From Methanobacteriota archaeon (GTDB lineage: Archaea; Halobacteriota; Bog-38; Methanoflorentales; Methanoflorentaceae): a stretch of DNA of 20,462 nucleotides. How positions within the stretch are numbered: the stretch's first letter is position 1; every line of letters starts with the position of its first letter. Shown here one piece after another: positions 18,815 through 20,462 of the stretch. The notes under the pieces are model-generated. The model searched no databases and was not told the DNA's origin. It worked only from the letters and a program-made list of their open reading frames with translations. Both the position numbers and the translations under genes were made by a program. Location: NCBI GenBank assembly GCA_963719035.1, contig CAVRAO010000007.1, forward strand, positions 1 through 20,462. Reading direction: 5' to 3'.

Positions 18815-19753
18815 CTACCAACTGTCATGCGCATTCACGCGGCTAGACATTGCAGGAAAGAGGCCAGTCTGTTCTCTTTGCAAGAGTCCATCGCGTGTGC
18901 CCATAAGAAGAGCACGGAACGCTTCCGCGTTCCTTTCGAAAAGCAAGAATCGAATGCTGTTGAACCAAAATATTCCTAGAAAAAAAACAAGGTAAAATAA
19001 CGCGCGTGCGCTCCTTGAGTCTTACTGCTCTCCATCCAGAAACGATTTCTCATAATATAATACGTTTGGAAACCCGGCACCTTTCGAGCTGTGTGCCCCC
19101 CTCTATGCCATAGCTTCGCCGAGAGAACGCAGACGATTCTGTACCCAGCGTTCTTTGCGCGTAAGCACAAATCGGTATCCTCCCAGTAAGTGAAGAGTTT
19201 TGGATCAGAAAAAGCCAATGTGTTCAAATAAGGCCGGTTTTGCGAGAAACATTCCAACAGAGTCCACTTCAATCGTCTTAGCTAACGCGCGCTCTGACCC
19301 TTTAACTCCGACACAAGGAGTGCGCCCGCTACTCCACGCTATTATGGCCCCCGTCTTTTGGACAACTGTCGGGTTCTCCGCGTCGTCCAATCTCGGCCCT
19401 GCGATCCCTATGGACTCATCATCTTCAAAAGCAGCTATCAATTCTTTTAAAACGCTTCGATCGAACGTTATATCATTATTCAGAACGAATAGATAGTCAG
19501 CTCCTTCCCCCATAGCATATCGAATACCAATATTTTGACCCTCAGCAAAACCGAGATTTTGCCCATTTTCGATTAGATAGACTTTAGGGAAATTTTGCTG
19601 GATAAAACCCTGTGAGCCATCAGTAGAGCCATTGTCAACCACGATGATGTCATAGTTAGGGTAATCTAATCCGCCAGCTGAGCGAAGGCATTCTTGTAAT
19701 ACATCCTTCCCGTTCCAATTTAAGATGATAAGGCTCACTTTTGGAATTCTCAT
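18815..19753 (-). CDS. GT2 family glycosyltransferase (WbbL/rhamnosyltransferase-like subgroup), at least 2 frameshifts
   Basis: Motifs PKVSLIILNWNG, VVDNGSTDGS, NLGFAEGQNIG, VLNND, then GFFDPKLFTYWEDTDLCLR and YY..RNRFW. After the A8 tract at 18980-18987 it continues ALLMGTRDGLL to a TAG at 18815-18817. Confidence 0.82.
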
Positions 19754-20366
19754 GTGGTTTAATTAATTGCGTAGTAATCGTTGGTAAAAGCAACTGACAT
19801 ATTCTTTTAGCAAATAAACACTGAATGGACGAAACAGAGATGAATTAACGTATTGGTCGATTACATCGCTCGAAACGAACGCGCGAATCCAATCAGGTCT
19901 CAACGTTGTGCAATAAGCGCACATAATCCTGCTGCTTTGTTCCATATGCGCACCTTTCTATTTATTCACCGACACTGACATCTTTGTAGACGGTTTATAT
20001 CAAATCTCCTAGCACGGCGTCGTGAAGAAGACGGTCAATGCCAAAACACCCTGGTTCGTTTAAAAACTGTTTGAGAACTGTCGCAATGCTTTGATAAAGG
20101 GCTTGCTTTTATCTTTTGTTTAGCTATCACAAACTTTATGATTTCGTTGTTAGTGCAAAAGAAGCATATCTAAGTCTGCATTTTCTATACTGCTCTTCAG
20201 CCCGGAGATAAAACGACCATCTAACGCCTTCTGAAGCTTAAAAAATTTTGATACTGTTTCTTAGTTCGCATGCTGCGTAACCCATATCTACTTTTTTTTG
20301 AGCCTCTTTTGTCATGAAGTTAAAGGCGATCGGACCTAGAAATGATGAAACGAGTTAAGCAGGCCC

Positions 20367-20462
20367 TTAGGGCGTTGGATGAGGAATCGAATCATCGTTA
20401 GTTAAACTACCATAAGCGCGCAGATAGTCTTCTACGACCTCGTCCCACACTCTCACCTTCCT
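20367..20462 (-). CDS. 3' end of a probable GT4 (GT-B) glycosyltransferase (partial, runs off the right edge)
   Basis: Reads RKVRVWDEVVEDYLRAYGSLTNDDSIPHPTP*. W-x3-V-x2-Y-x3-Y resembles the C-terminal helix of GT4 enzymes. The match is short. Confidence 0.5.
   Translation of the reverse strand, partial: RKVRVWDEVVEDYLRAYGSLTNDDSIPHPTP

Noticed and set aside
1-20462. CRISPR array, tRNA/rRNA, IS or integrase
   Set aside because: Manual reading found no periodic repeats, cloverleaf or rRNA signatures, terminal inverted repeats or transposase motifs.

Overview
A 20.5-kb cell-surface glycan biosynthesis island. It is probably archaeal, inferred from mostly monocistronic genes in mixed orientation, TTTATA-type boxes and GGTGA/GAGG ribosome-binding sites. 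The left part (875-7153) encodes what looks like a complete lipid-carrier-dependent amino-sugar transfer module: a WecE-type aminotransferase, a WecD-like GNAT acetyltransferase, an ArnC/GtrB-like GT2, an ArnE/ArnF-like small flippase pair and a GtrII-like GT-C transferase. The rest holds an ArnT/PMT-like GT-C, four soluble GT2s, a WzxC-like flippase, a class I methyltransferase and a degenerate UDP-sugar dehydrogenase. The edges carry the 3' ends of a probable second UDP-sugar dehydrogenase (left) and a probable GT4 (right). There are clear duplication relics, including a 97-aa flippase derivative whose N- and C-termini are joined at a 12-bp direct repeat and a 5'-truncated ArnE-like copy. 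Many genes are split by single-base indels, often in homopolymers and sometimes compensating, so most interruptions are probably long-read consensus errors rather than biology. I saw no RNA genes, CRISPR arrays or transposases.
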